A stretch of DNA of 64,000 bases from Thermoanaerobaculia bacterium (GTDB lineage: Bacteria > Acidobacteriota > Thermoanaerobaculia > Multivoradales > UBA5704), in contig DASQPA010000125.1 of assembly GCA_035644215.1 (NCBI GenBank), positions 1,472 to 65,471 on the forward strand, read 5' to 3'. The position numbers were made by a program, and so were the translations under genes. This document shows positions 54,677-64,000 of this stretch, one piece after another. The notes under the pieces were generated by a model. It saw only the letters and a list, made by a program, of their open reading frames with translations, had not been told where the DNA came from and searched no databases. Position 1 is the stretch's first letter. Every line of letters starts with the position of its first letter.

Positions 54677-57379
54677 ATGCGCCGTAGGGTCCCCCTGCTC
54701 GTCCTCCTGGCCTGTCTGGCCGGGTTCCCTCTCCGTCTCTCCGCGGCATCCGCCGCCGCCATGCCCGAACCGTCCGCGGCCGGCGAGGTCTCTGCCGCCG
54801 CCGCCAAAACACCGCGGCTCCTCGCCCCACTCTCCTTCGGCGAGCTCCCCGAGCTGCCTCCCTTAGACGAGCGCCTGCCGCGGCCGGAGGCCTTCCTCGG
54901 CTACCCCCTGGGCGAGCGTTTCACCTCGTGGGACCGCATCCAGGCCTACCTCGACGCCCTGGCCGCCGCCTCGAACCGGGTCAAGGTCGTAAGCTACGGC
55001 GAGACCTACGAGGGGCGGCCGCTCAAGCTGGTGGCGATCAGCTCGCCCGACAACCTGGCGCACCTCGACGCGCTGCGCCAGGAGCACCTCCGGCTGGCCG
55101 ACCCCGGTACCCTCTCCCGCGGCGACCGCGAGCGGCTGGTCGAGCGCCAGCCGCTGGTCGTCTGGCTGGCCTACGGCATCCACGGCAACGAGTCCTCCTC
55201 CTCCGAGGCGGCGATGGCCGTCGCCTACGTGCTGGCGGCCGGCCAGGGCGAGATCCCCGGCCTCCTGCGCAACACCATCCTCCTCATCGATCCGCTGGTC
55301 AATCCGGACGGCCGGGAGCGCTACGTCCACGCCTTCGAGGAGCGGCGGGGGGGCGAGCCCAACCCGCGGAGCGCCGCCGCCGAGCACTGGGAGCCCTGGC
55401 CCGGCGGGCGGCAGAACCACTACCTGGTCGACCTCAACCGCGACTGGGCCTGGGTCTCCCAGCAGGAGACCCGACAGCGCCTGGTCGCCTACCGCGCCTG
55501 GGAGCCGCAGGTCTACGTCGACTTCCACGAGATGGGGACCGAGGCGAGCTACTTCTTTCCGCCGCCGGCCGAGCCGGTCCACCCGCAGATCGCCCATCGC
55601 GTCGTCTCCTGGCTCGACACCTTCGGCCGGGCCAACGCCCAGGCCTTCGACCACCAGGGCTGGGTCTATTTCAAGGGGCAGAACTACGACCTCTTCTATC
55701 CCGGCTACGGCGATTCCTATCCCAGCTTGCGCGGCGCGGTGGGGATGACCTACGAGATGGCGGGCGGCGGGCGCGGCGGCCTCTCCCTCACCTTGGCCGA
55801 CGGCAGCCCGCTCACCCTGCCCGACCGCATCGCCCGGCACTTCACCACCTCGCTCACCACGGTGCGGACGGCGGTGGCCCACAGCCGGAAGCTCCTCGCC
55901 GATTTCGCCGAGACCCGCGAGGGCCCCCCGGGGCCGGGGCGCACCTACCTCTGGCCGGCCGACCGGCAGGAGGCGAAGGCCCTGGCCGACCTCCTCACCC
56001 TCCACGGCATTCGCGTCCGCCAGCTCGGGGAGACGGCGACGGTCAAGGCGCGGCGGCTCGCCCACACCCCCGGCACCGAGGAGGAGCGGCGTTTCCCGGC
56101 CGGCACCTACGCGGTGTCGACCACCCAGCCGCTGGGCACTCTCGCCCAGGTCCTCCTCGACTACGACGCCCCGATGAGCGAGGCGTTTCTGAACCGCCAG
56201 CGCCGGCGCCTGGAGGACAACCTGGCGGGCGAGTTCTACGACATCACCGCCTGGTCGCTCCCCCTGGCCTTCAACCTCGACACCTGGGTGGTGGCCGGGG
56301 AGCCCGGCGGCCTGAAAGCCCCGGCGCCGCCAGCCCCCGGGATGCACGGCGCGTCCACCTTGGGCTTCCTCGTTCGCCCGCAGGGGCTCGGCAGCTACCG
56401 CCTCGCCGCGGCCCTCCAGAAGCGGGGGTTCCACTACCGGTTGGCCCTCACCGGCTTTTCGGCGGAGGGGGTGGACTACCCCTCCGGCACCCTCTTCATC
56501 CCCCGCCACGCCAACCCGGCGGAGCTCGACAAGACCCTCTCCGGCCTGCTCGCCGAGGACGGCCTCACGGCCCAGGGGCTCGCCGCCTCCTACGAGATCA
56601 AGGGGGTCTCCCTGGGCTCGCGGGACATGGCGGCGGTCCGCCCGGTGCAGGTCGGCCTGGTGAGCGGCGAAGGCGTCGATCCCACCTCCTTCGGCTTCCT
56701 CTGGTCGCTCCTCGACCGCCAGATCGGGGTGCGCCACGACCGGCTCGACCTGGCGCGCCTGGCCGACGTCGACCTGGGAGAGATCGACGTCCTGCTCCTC
56801 CCGGACGGCGACTACGACCGGGTGCCGGACAAGACCCGCGAGGCCCTGGACGCCTGGATCAAGGCGGGCGGCGAGCTGGTGGCGATCGGCGACGCGACGG
56901 TCTGGCTCTCGGCGCACGAGATGACGACGATCAAGAAGTGGGAGCCGCCCAAGGAGGGAGGGGACCCGGAGATCTCCGTCGCCGATCAGCCGCCCCCATC
57001 CGGGCTCGCCCTGCGCCCGATCGTCACCCCCGGGGCTGCCGTGGCGACCCGAATGCAGCCCAATCACCCGCTGACCGTGGGGCTGGAGTCCTCCCCGGCG
57101 GTGCTGGTCGAGGGCTCGCTCGTCTTGAAGACCACCGGCGATCCCCGAAAAGACGTCCTCGTCGCCGCCACCGAGCATCCGGTGGTGGCCGGCTTCGCCT
57201 TCCCCGAAGCCGAGGAGCGCCTCGCCGGCTCGCTCCTGGTGGGCGCCGAGACCCGCGGCAAGGGGAGCGTCATCCTCTTCGCCCACGACCCCGCCTTCCG
57301 CCTCTTCTGGCGGGCGACGACGCCGATCCTGCTGAACGCGATCCTCTACGGGCCGAGCGCGGGGATGGGGGGGCGGTAG
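54677..57379 (+). CDS. M14-family zinc carboxypeptidase domain protein (secreted)
   Basis: A signal peptide and an M14 catalytic block (YGIHGNESSSSEA...). 900 aa. Confidence 0.8.
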   Translation: MRRRVPLLVLLACLAGFPLRLSAASAAAMPEPSAAGEVSAAAAKTPRLLAPLSFGELPELPPLDERLPRPEAFLGYPLGERFTSWDRIQAYLDALAAASNRVKVVSYGETYEGRPLKLVAISSPDNLAHLDALRQEHLRLADPGTLSRGDRERLVERQPLVVWLAYGIHGNESSSSEAAMAVAYVLAAGQGEIPGLLRNTILLIDPLVNPDGRERYVHAFEERRGGEPNPRSAAAEHWEPWPGGRQNHYLVDLNRDWAWVSQQETRQRLVAYRAWEPQVYVDFHEMGTEASYFFPPPAEPVHPQIAHRVVSWLDTFGRANAQAFDHQGWVYFKGQNYDLFYPGYGDSYPSLRGAVGMTYEMAGGGRGGLSLTLADGSPLTLPDRIARHFTTSLTTVRTAVAHSRKLLADFAETREGPPGPGRTYLWPADRQEAKALADLLTLHGIRVRQLGETATVKARRLAHTPGTEEERRFPAGTYAVSTTQPLGTLAQVLLDYDAPMSEAFLNRQRRRLEDNLAGEFYDITAWSLPLAFNLDTWVVAGEPGGLKAPAPPAPGMHGASTLGFLVRPQGLGSYRLAAALQKRGFHYRLALTGFSAEGVDYPSGTLFIPRHANPAELDKTLSGLLAEDGLTAQGLAASYEIKGVSLGSRDMAAVRPVQVGLVSGEGVDPTSFGFLWSLLDRQIGVRHDRLDLARLADVDLGEIDVLLLPDGDYDRVPDKTREALDAWIKAGGELVAIGDATVWLSAHEMTTIKKWEPPKEGGDPEISVADQPPPSGLALRPIVTPGAAVATRMQPNHPLTVGLESSPAVLVEGSLVLKTTGDPRKDVLVAATEHPVVAGFAFPEAEERLAGSLLVGAETRGKGSVILFAHDPAFRLFWRATTPILLNAILYGPSAGMGGR

Positions 57380-57757
57380 GGGGGACGTGTCACGGCAGGG
57401 CCTTCGTAGTCTCTGTAGGCCGGAAGCGCCTGTGGTTCTGGTGACGTTGGAGGCGCCTGGGTGTCAACGACGGTCCGACGCGCGGCGTTGCGCATCGCCT
57501 GCGGCGACGGAGCGTCCCGGGACTCAGGGAGGAGCAAGCGGAGTCAGCCCGGGGTCCCGAGACTCTGGTCCGAGTCACGGAACTCTGGCCAGAGGAAGCG
57601 GACTCCAGCTCGGTGCCCCGGGCCCCACCCGGAAAGTTGCGTCTCCAGCTATGTTCTGCAACAATTAGCGCTGAACCGCAACGTGCATCGAGGTCGCCGT
57701 ACGGACGTGCCCATTCTCCGGTCCGAAGTAGCTCTATCTCCGCCAGATCTCTTTGAT

Positions 57758-58279
57758 TTGGACCTGACGTCGCCCTGGCGCGTGGCCTATGTGCGCAGCC
57801 GCCAGGAGAAGGAGCTGGCGCGCCACCTCCTCCAGCACAGGGTGCCGTTCTACCTGCCCCTGGCGGAGAAGCGGGTGCGCCGGGCCGGACGGCAGTTCGT
57901 GTCGCACCTGCCGCTCTTCCCCGGCTACGTCTTCTTCCGCGGCGCCGCCGGGGAGCGCCGGACGGCCGTCGAGAGCGACCGCGTCGTCTCCATCCTGGAG
58001 GTCGCCGATCAGCCGCTCCTCGCAGCCGAGCTCGCGAGCCTCTGGCGGTTGCAGGAGAGCGGCGCCCCCTTGGTCCCCGTTCCTTACCTGGGACCGGGAG
58101 ATGCGGTCAAGGTGACCGAGGGGCCGTTCCGGGGATTCTCCGGGACGGTCCTGCGCGAGAAGGGCCGGACGCGGCTGGTGGTCTCGGTGACCTTCCTGCG
58201 CCAGTCGGTGGCCGCGGAGATCGAACGCGAGGCGCTCGCTCCGCTGGCGAGGCCGCAGCAGGCGCGGCGGGCGGTCTAA
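57758..58279 (+). CDS. NusG-paralogue transcription antiterminator (UpxY/RfaH/LoaP-like)
   Basis: An NGN domain (WRVAYVRSRQEKELARHL..VPFYLP..FPGYVFFRG) and a KOW (GDAVKVTEGPFRGFSGTV). The likely start is TTG, after a roughly 380-nt leader. Confidence 0.7.
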   Translation: MDLTSPWRVAYVRSRQEKELARHLLQHRVPFYLPLAEKRVRRAGRQFVSHLPLFPGYVFFRGAAGERRTAVESDRVVSILEVADQPLLAAELASLWRLQESGAPLVPVPYLGPGDAVKVTEGPFRGFSGTVLREKGRTRLVVSVTFLRQSVAAEIEREALAPLARPQQARRAV

Positions 58280-58369
58280 GAAGGCGCTTCCGCAAGGAGC
58301 GCCAGAGCCCCCTTTCGTCGGTGCATGTACACCGAAGGGGGCGGAGCCCGCCCGGACCCTCCCACCACC

Positions 58370-59476
58370 ATGCGCGACCTGATCTTCGTCTCCGCCGGTT
58401 TCGAGCTCACGGGCGGCGGCCGTGCGGCCGCGGCGCGGCTGTTCGCCGCGAGCTGCGCCGCCTACGCCGAGGAACGCCGGATCGGCTTCTCGCTCCTGTC
58501 GCTGGGCAGCAACGGCGTCCCGGCCGGGGGCGTCCCGGTCCGCAGCTTCGGCGGCCGGCAGGGGGCGATGGCGCTCGCCGTCTGGCGGCGGCAGCTCGCG
58601 AGGCCGCCGGCCGCCTATGTCTACGATCTTCTGGGGCTTGCCCGGATCGCCGCCTGGCTGCCGGGGCCGCTCCGCGCCCCCTACCTCGTCCCCCTCTATG
58701 GGATCGAGGGCTGGCAGCCCTTGCGCGGCGACCGCTTCCGGGCTCTGCGCAACGCGACCGTGCGGCTCGCCATCTCCACCTATACCGCCGAGCGGACGCG
58801 GGAGGTCAATCCCGGCCTCGGGGAGATCGCCGTCCTCCCCCTCTGCCTGGAGGAGCGGCAGGCCGCCGGGATCGTCGACCTGGAGATCCTCGCCCGCGCC
58901 GGAGAGGGCTACGTCCTGATCGTCGGGCGGATGGCGGCGAGCGAGCGTTACAAGGGACACGACCAGCTTCTGGCCGCGATCGCAGGCCGGCCGGATCTCC
59001 GGCTGGTCGTGGTCGGCGACGGCGACGACCGGCCCCGTCTCGAACGGGCGGCCGCGGCCCTGGGGCTCTCGCCGGAGCGGGCGTTCTTCACCGGCTTCGT
59101 GAGCGAGGCGACCCGGGCCGAGCTCTACCGGCGGGCCGCCCTCTTCGCCATGCCCAGCCGCGGCGAGGGGTTCGGGCTCGTCTACCTGGAGGCCATGCGG
59201 GCCGGCAAGCCCTGTCTCGCGGCCCGCGGCGGCGCCGCGGCGGAGGTGGTGGCGGACGGCGAGACCGGTCTCCTCGTCGATCCCGACGACCCCGCGGAGC
59301 TCGCCGCCGCCCTCTCCCGCCTGCTCGACGACCCGGAGGTCGCCCGGCGGCTGGGCGAGGCCGGCCGGCGGCGCTGCGAGACCGTCTTCACCCCGGAGTG
59401 CTTCCGCGCCGGCCTCAGGCCCTACCTCGACCAGCTGACCGGCGCCGACACCAGCGATCCCCATGTGCGGCATTAA
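58370..59476 (+). CDS. GT4-family glycosyltransferase
   Basis: Carries the C-terminal GT4 motif (PSRGEGFGLVYLEAMRAGKPCLA...E...G.LVDP). The alternative start is 58325. Confidence 0.85.
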   Translation: MRDLIFVSAGFELTGGGRAAAARLFAASCAAYAEERRIGFSLLSLGSNGVPAGGVPVRSFGGRQGAMALAVWRRQLARPPAAYVYDLLGLARIAAWLPGPLRAPYLVPLYGIEGWQPLRGDRFRALRNATVRLAISTYTAERTREVNPGLGEIAVLPLCLEERQAAGIVDLEILARAGEGYVLIVGRMAASERYKGHDQLLAAIAGRPDLRLVVVGDGDDRPRLERAAAALGLSPERAFFTGFVSEATRAELYRRAALFAMPSRGEGFGLVYLEAMRAGKPCLAARGGAAAEVVADGETGLLVDPDDPAELAAALSRLLDDPEVARRLGEAGRRRCETVFTPECFRAGLRPYLDQLTGADTSDPHVRH

Positions 59477-61250
59477 CGGCATCGTGAGCCTCGGCCCCGA
59501 GGCAGGTCCGATCGACCGCGAGGAGCTTCTGCGGACGCGGGAGGCCATGGCCCTGCGCGGCCCGGACGGGGCGGGGACCTGGGTCGCGGACGACGGCCGG
59601 GCCGGCCTCGCCAGCCGCCGGCTCGCCATCCTCGACCTCTCGCCGGCCGGCGCCCAGCCGATGGCCGATCCGAACGATGGCGCGGTCCAGATCGTCATCA
59701 ACGGCGAGATCTACAACTTCCGCGCCCTGCGGGCCGGGCTCGAAGCGGCAGGGCAACGCTTCCGGAGCGACAGCGACACCGAGGTCGTCCTCGCCCTCTA
59801 TCTGCGGCATGGGGAAGCCTTCCTCCCCCTCCTCCGCGGCATGTTCGGCCTGGCGATCTGGGATGGGCGCGCCCGCTGCCTCCTCCTCGCCCGTGATCCG
59901 CTGGGAATCAAGCCGCTCTACTACGCGGAAGGCGGCGGCCACCTCCGTTTCGCCTCCCAGGTGAAAGCGCTCGAAGCCGGAGGGACAATCTCCCCCGAGG
60001 TCGACCCGGCCGGGCTCGCCGGCTTCCTCCTCTGGGGATCGGTGCCCGAGCCGTGGACGATCCGCCGCGCCATCCGCGCCCTCCCCGCCGGGCACCTGCT
60101 GACCGTCGAGGACGGCCGCCCGAGCGCGCCGCGGCCCTTCGCCGCGCCCGAGCCCGCGCCCCTATCTCCGGAATTGGCGATCGAGGAATCGGTCGCGGCC
60201 CACCTGGTCTCCGACGTGCCGGTCGCCGTCTTCCTCTCGGCGGGGCTCGACTCGGGGCTGATCGCGGCCCTCGCCCGCCGCCACCTGCCCGAGCCGCCGG
60301 CCACCTTCACCCTGGGCTTCGACCTCTTCGCCGGCACCGCGGCGGACGAGGCGCCGCTCGCCGCCCAGGTGGCGCGGACCCTGGGCACCCGGCACGTCGA
60401 GCGCCGGCTGGGTCGGGACGACTTCGCCCGTCTCTGGCCGGCCGCCCTCGCCGCCATGGACCAACCCTCGATCGACGGCTTCAACACCTTCGTGGTCAGC
60501 CGCGCGGCGCACGAGGCGGGGCTCAAGGTGGTCCTCTCCGGCCTGGGCGGGGACGAGATCTTCGGCAGCTACCCCTCCTTCCGCGACGTGCCGAAGGGTG
60601 TCCGGGCGGCGCGCTGGGGTCGCCTCCTGCCCGGGCTCCAGGCGGCCTGGCCGGCCCTCGCCGCGCGCCTCGTTCCGGGGCGGCCCAAGCTCCCGGGGCT
60701 CCTCGCCCACGGCGCCACCCTCCCCGGCAGCTACTTCCTGCGCCGCGGCCTCTTCCTGCCCGCCGAGCTGCCGGGCCTCCTGGGGAAGGAACGGGCGGCC
60801 GAGGCCCTCGCCCTCTACGACCCGATCGCCGACGCGGCGAAAAGCCTCGCCCCCTGCTCCGGCAATGGCCACGGCCGGCTCGACCCCTGGGTCGCCGTCC
60901 ACGCCATGGAAACGGCGCAATACATGCGGAACCAGCTCCTCCGCGACTCCGACTGGGCCTCCATGGCCAGCTCGGTCGAGCTGCGCGTCCCCCTGGTCGA
61001 CGCCTGGCTCTGCCATCACCTGGCGGCGCACGGCTTCGCGCCCGCCCGCGGCGAGGGCAAGGCCGCCCTCGTCCGCCGGCTCGCCCCCGAGCTGCCGGAG
61101 GCTCTCTTCCGCCGGAAGAAAAGCGGCTTCTATATTCCTGTCGCCGAATGGATGCTCCCCGGCACGGCGGCGGTCCCCCCCGCCGGTCGCTCCCGCGCCC
61201 TCGCCCGCCGGGTGCTCCAGGAGATCGGGATTGAGCTCACGGGCACCTGA
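59463..61250 (+). CDS. asparagine synthase family amidotransferase (EPS-locus paralogue)
   Basis: MCGINGI N-terminal Cys and the FLSAGLDSG PP-loop, 595 aa. Confidence 0.9.
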   Translation: MCGINGIVSLGPEAGPIDREELLRTREAMALRGPDGAGTWVADDGRAGLASRRLAILDLSPAGAQPMADPNDGAVQIVINGEIYNFRALRAGLEAAGQRFRSDSDTEVVLALYLRHGEAFLPLLRGMFGLAIWDGRARCLLLARDPLGIKPLYYAEGGGHLRFASQVKALEAGGTISPEVDPAGLAGFLLWGSVPEPWTIRRAIRALPAGHLLTVEDGRPSAPRPFAAPEPAPLSPELAIEESVAAHLVSDVPVAVFLSAGLDSGLIAALARRHLPEPPATFTLGFDLFAGTAADEAPLAAQVARTLGTRHVERRLGRDDFARLWPAALAAMDQPSIDGFNTFVVSRAAHEAGLKVVLSGLGGDEIFGSYPSFRDVPKGVRAARWGRLLPGLQAAWPALAARLVPGRPKLPGLLAHGATLPGSYFLRRGLFLPAELPGLLGKERAAEALALYDPIADAAKSLAPCSGNGHGRLDPWVAVHAMETAQYMRNQLLRDSDWASMASSVELRVPLVDAWLCHHLAAHGFAPARGEGKAALVRRLAPELPEALFRRKKSGFYIPVAEWMLPGTAAVPPAGRSRALARRVLQEIGIELTGT

Positions 61251-61255
61251 ACGAT

Positions 61256-62590
61256 ATGGACCCTCTTCCCCAGCCCATTCCGACTCCGGACACCCTCGGG
61301 ACGGCCGTTCCCGCCCTCCTGCCACACCTCAAGGGCTGGGCCAAGATCCTCTCCGCCTACTTCTCGACACAGAGTCTCACCCAGCTCGCCGGGATCGGCG
61401 CCGGCCTCCTGTTCATCAACTTCATGCCGGTGCGGGAGTTCGCGCTCTATACCCTGGCCTTCTCGGTCATCACCTTCTTCACCTTCCTCTCGGATCTGGG
61501 CAGCACCAGCTCGCTCCTCCACTTCTTCCGCCGCTCGGCGACCGAGGATGGCGACTTCGCGAGCTACTTCGCGGCGGTCCTCTCCCTGCGGCGGGCGGTC
61601 TTCCTGCTCGGTGCGGCGAGCGTCGCCGTGATCTTTCCCGTGATTGCCGCCGCCAAGGGGTTCGCGTGGACCGAGTCGCTACCGGCCACCGCCGGCATCG
61701 TTCTCTGCGTCTGGTTCCAGATCAACTCGTCCCTCCGGGTTTTGGCCCTGCGGCTCCACAACCGTTACGGCCAGTCCTACCGGGCGGAGATCGCGGGTGG
61801 TCTGTCGCGGCTTCTCCTCGCTCTGGGTATCGTCGTCTCCGGCCTGCTCAAGGCCTGGCTCGGGGTGCTCACCTCAGCCTTTGCCGCGGCCTTGACGACC
61901 CGGTTGGCGCGCGACCCGAAAGCGCCGCCAGGGCCTGGGGTCCATCCCCGTTTCGACCTCCGGCCCTACCGACAGAGGGTCGTGCGCTACCTCCTGCCGA
62001 CCCTGCCGAGCGCCCTCTACTTCTCGATCCAGGGTCCGCTCGTCATCTGGCTCTCCGCCACCTTCGGCTCGACCCGGACCATCGCGGAAGTCGGCGCGCT
62101 CGGCCGTCTGAGCCTGGTCGTCGGCATGTTTTCGAGCCTGACTGGCGTGGTGTTCCTCCCCCGCCTTGCCCGCATCACCGACGACCGCCGGTACCGCGCA
62201 CGCTACCTCCAGTGCTTCGCCTTCCTGGTGCTCATCGTCGCCGCTCTGCTCGCCGCCGCGGCCCTCCTCCCCGGCGCCTTTCTATTCGTCCTGGGGCCCA
62301 AATACCACGGCCTCCACCGCGAGCTCTTCCTGATCGTCCTTTCCTCCGGGCTCGCCCTGCTCGACGGGTACGCGTTGGGCATCAACACCGCCCGTTCGTG
62401 GAACCGGTGGCAGGCGGCGGCCCTGGTCTCGCTCTTCGCCGTCCAGGCGCTCGCCATCGCCTTCCTCCCGCTGTCGACGACCTGGAACGTCCTCCTCTTC
62501 AACGTCTTCACCGCTGCGGTCGGCCTGCTCTCCCAGGCGGTGATGAATCTCCTCGGTTTCTTGCGGCCACAATGGGTGCACTGGGCATGA
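61256..62590 (+). CDS. polysaccharide biosynthesis protein / Wzx-like oligosaccharide flippase
   Basis: 444 aa with about 12-14 TM helices in a MOP-flippase-like layout. Confidence 0.8.
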   Translation: MDPLPQPIPTPDTLGTAVPALLPHLKGWAKILSAYFSTQSLTQLAGIGAGLLFINFMPVREFALYTLAFSVITFFTFLSDLGSTSSLLHFFRRSATEDGDFASYFAAVLSLRRAVFLLGAASVAVIFPVIAAAKGFAWTESLPATAGIVLCVWFQINSSLRVLALRLHNRYGQSYRAEIAGGLSRLLLALGIVVSGLLKAWLGVLTSAFAAALTTRLARDPKAPPGPGVHPRFDLRPYRQRVVRYLLPTLPSALYFSIQGPLVIWLSATFGSTRTIAEVGALGRLSLVVGMFSSLTGVVFLPRLARITDDRRYRARYLQCFAFLVLIVAALLAAAALLPGAFLFVLGPKYHGLHRELFLIVLSSGLALLDGYALGINTARSWNRWQAAALVSLFAVQALAIAFLPLSTTWNVLLFNVFTAAVGLLSQAVMNLLGFLRPQWVHWA

Positions 62591-63690
62591 GCAGCGAGAA
62601 ACTCGTTTCACCCCGGGTCGCCGTGGTCTATCCCACCCCCTTCGGGGAGGATGGAATTTTCGGTGGCGGCGAGCGCTATGCCCTGGAGCTCGCGAGGGCG
62701 CTCTCCCGGCGGGTGCCCACCCGACTCGTTACCTTCGGAAGCCACCCCAGGACGCGATTCGAGGGCGAGCTCGAGATCCGCACTTTTGAGGCGATGACCT
62801 ATCTACGCGAGGAGCGGAACAACCCCCTCTCCTTCGAGCTATTCGGCGACCTCCGGGACGTTGACGTGATCCACTGCGTTTCCTGGAACACTCTGGTCAC
62901 AGATTTCTCCATCCTCGCCGCCAGGGTTTTCGGCAAGCGTGTCTTCATCACCGATGTGGGCGGAGGGGCGAGCCTGACGCTGTCCGGCCGGTTGCCCCTC
63001 GCCCGCTGGGTCGACGGCTTCCTGCTGATCGCAGCGCAGGGAGGCACTCAGTTCAGGGCTTTCCAGGAGAAGTGGAGCATCCTCTACGCTGGCATCGACG
63101 TCGACCGCTACCGTCCCGCGCCCGAGGTGTCGCGCCGGGGCGTGCTCTTCGTCGGCCGGCTCCTGCCCCACAAGGGGATCAACTACCTGGTCGAGGCGGT
63201 CGACCCCGGGATCCCGCTGCGCATCGTCGGCCGTCCTTATCACGAGGAGTACCTGAGGCTGCTCCATCAGCTGGCTCAGGGCAAGGACGTGACCTTCGTC
63301 ACCGATGCCTCCGACGACGACATCCTCCGCGAGTACCGCTCCGCTGAGATATCGGTTCTACCTTCGGTCAACACCACCGTCTACGGCGAGACCACGGCGC
63401 TGCCGGAGCTCCTCGGCTTCACCGCCATGGAGGCGATGGCGTGCGGCACCCCGGTCCTCTGCAGCGACGTGGGCGCCCTTTCCGAGGTCGTCGTCGACGG
63501 TGTCACCGGCTTTCTCGTTCCGCCGAACGACCCCGAAGCCCTGCGCGCCCGTATCCGCCTCCTTCTGGACGACCCCGACCACGCGGCGCAACTCGGCGCC
63601 GCGGCCCGAAAGCGGATCGTCGAGCGCTTCACCTGGGGTGCCGTCGCCGAACGCTGCCTTGCGGCCTACGGGAAGGCGGCCCGGCGATGA
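62572..63690 (+). CDS. GT4-family glycosyltransferase
   Basis: ...FVGRLLPHKGINYLVEA...PSVNTTVYGETTALPELLGFTAMEAMACGTPVLCSD...G.LVPP. The alternative start is 62587 (ATGA overlap). Confidence 0.85.
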   Translation: MGALGMSSEKLVSPRVAVVYPTPFGEDGIFGGGERYALELARALSRRVPTRLVTFGSHPRTRFEGELEIRTFEAMTYLREERNNPLSFELFGDLRDVDVIHCVSWNTLVTDFSILAARVFGKRVFITDVGGGASLTLSGRLPLARWVDGFLLIAAQGGTQFRAFQEKWSILYAGIDVDRYRPAPEVSRRGVLFVGRLLPHKGINYLVEAVDPGIPLRIVGRPYHEEYLRLLHQLAQGKDVTFVTDASDDDILREYRSAEISVLPSVNTTVYGETTALPELLGFTAMEAMACGTPVLCSDVGALSEVVVDGVTGFLVPPNDPEALRARIRLLLDDPDHAAQLGAAARKRIVERFTWGAVAERCLAAYGKAARR

Positions 63691-64000
63691 GGAGCGCAGG
63701 GGCGAGAGGGAAAACCGTGGTGATCGGCGGTGGCGGACATGCCAAGGTGGTGATCGACGTGCTGCTCGCCGCCGGTTGGGAAGTCGCCGGCTACACAGAT
63801 CCCTCCCCGGTCGCAGGTGCCACGATCGCCGGCACTCCCTGTCTGGGAGACGATGCGGTCCTCTCCGGCCTCTACACCGCCGGCATCCGCTGGGCGATCG
63901 TCGCCCTGGGCGACAACGTACGGCGCACCCGGATGGCGGAGAGCGCGCGCGCCCTGGGGTTCACCCTGGCGAGCGCCGTCCACCCCTCAGCCCAGATTTC
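63687..64000 (+). CDS. NeuD/PglD-like sugar O-acyltransferase (3'-partial, runs off the window)
   Basis: MRSAGARGKTVVIGGGGHAKVVIDVLLAAGWEVAGYTDPSP is the NeuD-family Rossmann-like N-terminus. The ORF tool did not list it because it has no stop in the window. Confidence 0.7.
   Translation, partial: MRSAGARGKTVVIGGGGHAKVVIDVLLAAGWEVAGYTDPSPVAGATIAGTPCLGDDAVLSGLYTAGIRWAIVALGDNVRRTRMAESARALGFTLASAVHPSAQI

Noticed and set aside
57371-57382. ops/JUMPStart-like GGCGGTAG at the end of the M14 peptidase gene
   Set aside because: It lacks the downstream TG of the ops consensus, lies inside the coding sequence and stop codon, and is roughly 380 nt from the NusG paralogue, so it is probably chance.

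Overview
This is a high-GC (about 70%) bacterial chromosomal segment with gene content suggestive of Acidobacteria. The suggestive genes are an ADOP/FtsX-type permease, a CarboxypepD_reg outer-membrane barrel, KirBac and TamB/BamA.

The backbone is housekeeping. The first block is a partial xanthine-DH-family Mo subunit, an FtsX-like permease, two tRNA-Val genes, and the conserved thrS-infC-rpmI-rplT-pheS-pheT operon. It is followed by zapB-like, fmdB, pyrD, zapA, rny, ymdB and a KirBac channel, then trm112-tlyA-nadK-tamB-bamA.

Accessory content is interleaved with the backbone:
- A lipid-linked glycosylation set at 19.6-24.4 kb: LAB_N, a GT2, a divergent ArnT-like GT39/83, and AsnB.
- A CHASE sensor kinase at 27.1-29.3 kb, convergent with a fringe/GT31-like glycosyltransferase-like gene.
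- An island at about 40.4-48.0 kb, between bamA and an outer-membrane barrel gene. It holds three antitoxin-like genes with no toxin, one of them bracketed by 18-bp direct repeats. It also holds a 175-aa hypothetical, a 468-aa protein with a DUF4157-type N-terminal leader motif but no HExxH, a 427-aa unknown, and two tandem standalone LanC-like paralogues.
- A sigma54-type two-component system at 50.4-54.7 kb, followed by an M14 peptidase, a NusG paralogue and an EPS-type locus (GT4, AsnB-like amidotransferase, Wzx-like flippase, GT4, NeuD-like acyltransferase).

The most unusual sequence-level signal is three separate intergenic arrays of tandem 21-nt-period hairpin units. They sit at about 6484-6940 (42-nt super-period), about 25058-25320 and about 42122-42426, each just upstream of a gene.

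Other non-coding calls are a roughly 160-bp nested-palindrome MITE-like element at 50130-50288 with a degenerate relative at about 24487-24551, a candidate 6S RNA in the zapA-rny gap, and an internally deleted ATP-grasp gene remnant.

No IS, integrase, CRISPR or phage structural genes were seen.
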